Below are positions 43,455 through 44,896 of a stretch of 44,896 bases of DNA, piece by piece. The stretch is from Gammaproteobacteria bacterium. GTDB lineage: Bacteria > Pseudomonadota > Gammaproteobacteria > Steroidobacterales > Steroidobacteraceae. Location of the stretch: contig JAIBJL010000024.1 in assembly GCA_020029545.1 (NCBI GenBank), positions 1 to 44,896 on the forward strand. The letters run 5' to 3'. The notes below the pieces were generated by a model that did not search any database, had not been told where the DNA came from, and worked only from the letters and a program-made list of their open reading frames with translations. The position numbers were made by a program, and so were the translations under genes. Every line of letters begins with the position of its first letter. The stretch's first letter is position 1.

Positions 43455-44329
43455 CGAGCAAATCTCTTCGCGAAGAGATCCGCGGCCTGGGCACGACGCT
43501 CAACCCGCCGATGATCGCCGCGTGCATGGCGATCTACGCGCGCGCACTGCCTGACCCCGCGGGTTCAAGCCGTATCCAGCGCGACATCGCCTATGGCCCG
43601 CACGAGCGGCACAGACTCGACATCTTCACCGGTGCGGATGGCACTGACCTGCCGGTGCTCGTTTATGTCCATGGCGGGGGCTTCGTGGGCGGCGACAAGA
43701 GCCATCCGGACACGCCGTTCTACACCAACATCGGAGCCTGGGCCGTGCGGCAAGGCTTTGTCGGTGTCACGATGACCTATCGACTGGCGCCCACGCATCC
43801 TTGGCCCGCGGGCGCCGAGGACGTGGCTGCGGTAGTCGCCTGGTTGCGGCGGAACATTGCGAACTACGGCGGCTCGCCGCGGCGCATTTTCGTATCGGGG
43901 CAGTCAGCGGGCGCCACGCACGTCGCGAGCTACCTCGCGATGAACGAACTGCACGACGCGAAACCGCCGGTGGCCGGCGCGCTGATGTTCTCCGGCCTTT
44001 ACGATGTGCCGTTGATCCAGAAGGGACCGCCGGAGCTTCACTATTACGGCAGCGACGCCGGCCAGGCAGAACGGCAATCGTCGCTGCCGGGACTGATTGC
44101 CAGCGACGTGCCGCAGCTGTTCACGATCTCCGAACACGATCCGTGGAATTTCCAGGCACAGGCCGCCCGTCTCGTCGAGCGCTGGTTTGCGGCCAAGCGG
44201 ACGCTGCCACGGCTGCTGTATCTCCCGGACGCCAATCACATGAGCGCCGCGCTGGGCATCGGTGGCAGCGATGAATTCCTGGCCCCGGAAATCAGGGCCT
44301 TCATCGAACGCTTCTCTGCGGCCGCGTAG
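43451..44329 (+). CDS. Alpha/beta hydrolase (HSL-like esterase)
   Basis: VHGGGF oxyanion motif, YRLAP, GQSAG nucleophile elbow, NHMS; ATGA overlap with the oxygenase gene. Confidence 0.93.
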   Translation: MTSKSLREEIRGLGTTLNPPMIAACMAIYARALPDPAGSSRIQRDIAYGPHERHRLDIFTGADGTDLPVLVYVHGGGFVGGDKSHPDTPFYTNIGAWAVRQGFVGVTMTYRLAPTHPWPAGAEDVAAVVAWLRRNIANYGGSPRRIFVSGQSAGATHVASYLAMNELHDAKPPVAGALMFSGLYDVPLIQKGPPELHYYGSDAGQAERQSSLPGLIASDVPQLFTISEHDPWNFQAQAARLVERWFAAKRTLPRLLYLPDANHMSAALGIGGSDEFLAPEIRAFIERFSAAA

Positions 44330-44377
44330 CGGATTCCGGCGGAACCCGCTCGCGGTTACGGACTTCGCCACGCCGCA

Positions 44378-44584
44378 TCAAGCGCGGCGGCGCGATTTTT
44401 CCAGCTCGGCCGCCGGCATCCACCAGCCGTGGATCTGCCCCTTCTGCTTCAACGGGATCTGCACGCGGCACACCGGGCCTTGGGCGACCTGCCCGGCGTC
44501 GACGATCCACAGCTCGGATTCGTACTCGCCGGCCGAAGCGTCACCGGTAGCGCGATCCACCCCCGCCAACAATCCCCCCTCAGC
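44378..44584 (-). pseudogene. C-terminal remnant of a second carotenoid oxygenase
   Basis: LLAGVDR..YESELWIVDA..GPVCRVQIPL..QIHGWWMP matches the family C-terminus (compare SELAIFDA..GPLA..FHGNWVP in the intact gene); upstream sequence is unrelated. Confidence 0.8.
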
Positions 44585-44810
44585 GTTCGAGCAGGCAATG
44601 CCGTTGTGCTGTGGTCGACGCGGGTACACGGTGTAAGCGTAAGAGATTAGGAAACGCTCACCCACCGGCGTTTCCGCACCGCATTCCTCGCCACGCACAC
44701 CCGGAAATCCAGAAGCTCCTGTGATGAGCATCAGCGCTAGTGTGCCTGCTGCTAAACTGGTATTCATTCGACTCTTACCAGCCCGCCAGTGAAGCGGCCA
44801 GGAGGCTTCC

Positions 44811-44896
44811 TTGTCCCGCACCATCATCTCTACCGCCCATGCGCCCAAGGCAGTCGGCACTTATTCGCAGGCCGTCAAAGTCGGCAAGACGGTGTA
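44811..44896 (+). CDS. ridA: RidA family enamine/imine deaminase (N-terminus; runs off the window edge)
   Basis: AGGAGG RBS, TTG start, manual translation MSRTIISTAHAPKAVGTYSQAVKVGKTV. Confidence 0.88.
   Translation, partial: MSRTIISTAHAPKAVGTYSQAVKVGKTV

Noticed and set aside
30020-44704. ACGCAC(GC/-)ACCCGG at both island edges (30020 and 44693) as an att or target duplication
   Set aside because: Short, needs an indel and is GC-rich, so chance is likely
44585-44860. N-terminal part of the 160-aa minus-strand ORF as a real gene
   Set aside because: Overlaps the ridA start on the opposite strand; only its 3' end has family similarity

Overview
GC-rich gammaproteobacterial chromosome segment; gene content and style suggest a Steroidobacteraceae/Xanthomonadales-like organism (inference only). 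The left ~30 kb is mostly core genome: a MacAB-TolC-type efflux operon (cut by the window edge), leuA with a Leu-rich leader peptide, a DUF2934 gene, slyD, a hipBA module just downstream of glmS, glmS-glmU, the full atpIBEFHAGDC operon, a DUF5916 protein, parB-parA-rsmG, a diheme cytochrome c and rpoZ-spoT. About 14.8 kb of accessory DNA separates spoT from its usual neighbour ridA, which starts at the right edge. That DNA holds a DUF2141 gene, an ECF sigma/FecR/frameshifted TonB receptor triad, a metal-uptake operon lacking an ATPase and led by a HxxH-CxxC-RAPP leader ORF, DUF1330, a GST, a carotenoid-oxygenase/esterase pair and three gene remnants (gabD-like, RAYT transposase, second oxygenase). 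The most notable signals are the candidate metal-sensing ribosome-arrest leader, a family of inverted heptamer-array elements in the atp/par intergenic spacers, two leader ORFs sharing a near-identical leaderless promoter/start, and an in-frame ~26-aa deletion in GlmU. No rRNA, tRNA or CRISPR array was seen. All calls come from reading the sequence by eye; no searches were run.
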